DNA of 64,000 nucleotides, from assembly GCA_951804945.1 (NCBI GenBank), contig OX638152.1, positions 37,200,001 through 37,264,000 on the forward strand, given 5' to 3'. The translations under genes were made by a program, and so were the position numbers. This DNA is from Podarcis cretensis. Lineage: Eukaryota. The notes under the pieces are model-generated. The model was not told where the DNA came from. It made no database searches and was given only the letters and a program-made list of their open reading frames with translations. Shown piece by piece: positions 63,676-64,000 of the stretch (its first letter is position 1; each line of letters begins with the position of its first letter).

Positions 63676-64000
63676 TACACACATACGGCAAATTCCTCAA
63701 TAATGTTTTAAATTGGACCAGGATCCAAAGAGCCCTACACTTGTATGGAAGCACTTGTGTGTACCTATGGGATAACTGCCAGTTTTCCTTTCCAGCTGCA
63801 GCTCCTCACAACTTGACGAATATAATTCACAGTGTGCATGTGGAACACCACACACAGCACATTTCTAGCCTTTTGTGTTCAACAGAAACCTAAACAAAAA
63901 ACTATAGGATAGACCGTTTTGCTGAGTTTCCCTACAGAAGAGAAACTAAAAAAATCCCCCATACAGATGCAACAGCAGGTTTATATCTAATGGGAGTGGG

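Noticed and set aside
57313-64000. Further CBLB exons (2-3)
   Set aside because: No sequence encoding the expected N-terminal TKB peptides (for example [21 protein letters not shown]) was found; the region appears to be intron.

Overview
Eukaryotic vertebrate genomic DNA, most likely a lacertid lizard (squamate-specific Sauria/Squam1, Squam2-like and Squam3 SINE families). Two genes are arranged tail-to-tail. On the + strand are the last coding exon, a 3'UTR intron and the terminal 3'UTR exon of ALCAM (about 400-3630). On the - strand are 16 coding exons of the E3 ubiquitin ligase CBLB (57312 down to the stop at 25080, equivalent to human exons 4-19). They splice into one uninterrupted frame of 835 complete codons covering TKB, linker, RING, proline-rich region and UBA; the 5' exons lie beyond 64000. 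Intergenic and intronic DNA holds many SINEs, LINE remnants, a decayed DIRS-type retroelement, a Penelope-like fold-back with a degenerate hammerhead ribozyme, and Tc1/mariner-, hAT- and Harbinger-type MITEs. Apart from ORFs overlapping CBLB exons or retroelement remnants, the ORF-track entries look spurious. I found no convincing novel multi-gene system. The best leads are RNA-structure and splicing features and an apparent ancient exon duplication within CBLB. Exon numbers, repeat-family names and human comparisons come from recall, not from database searches.
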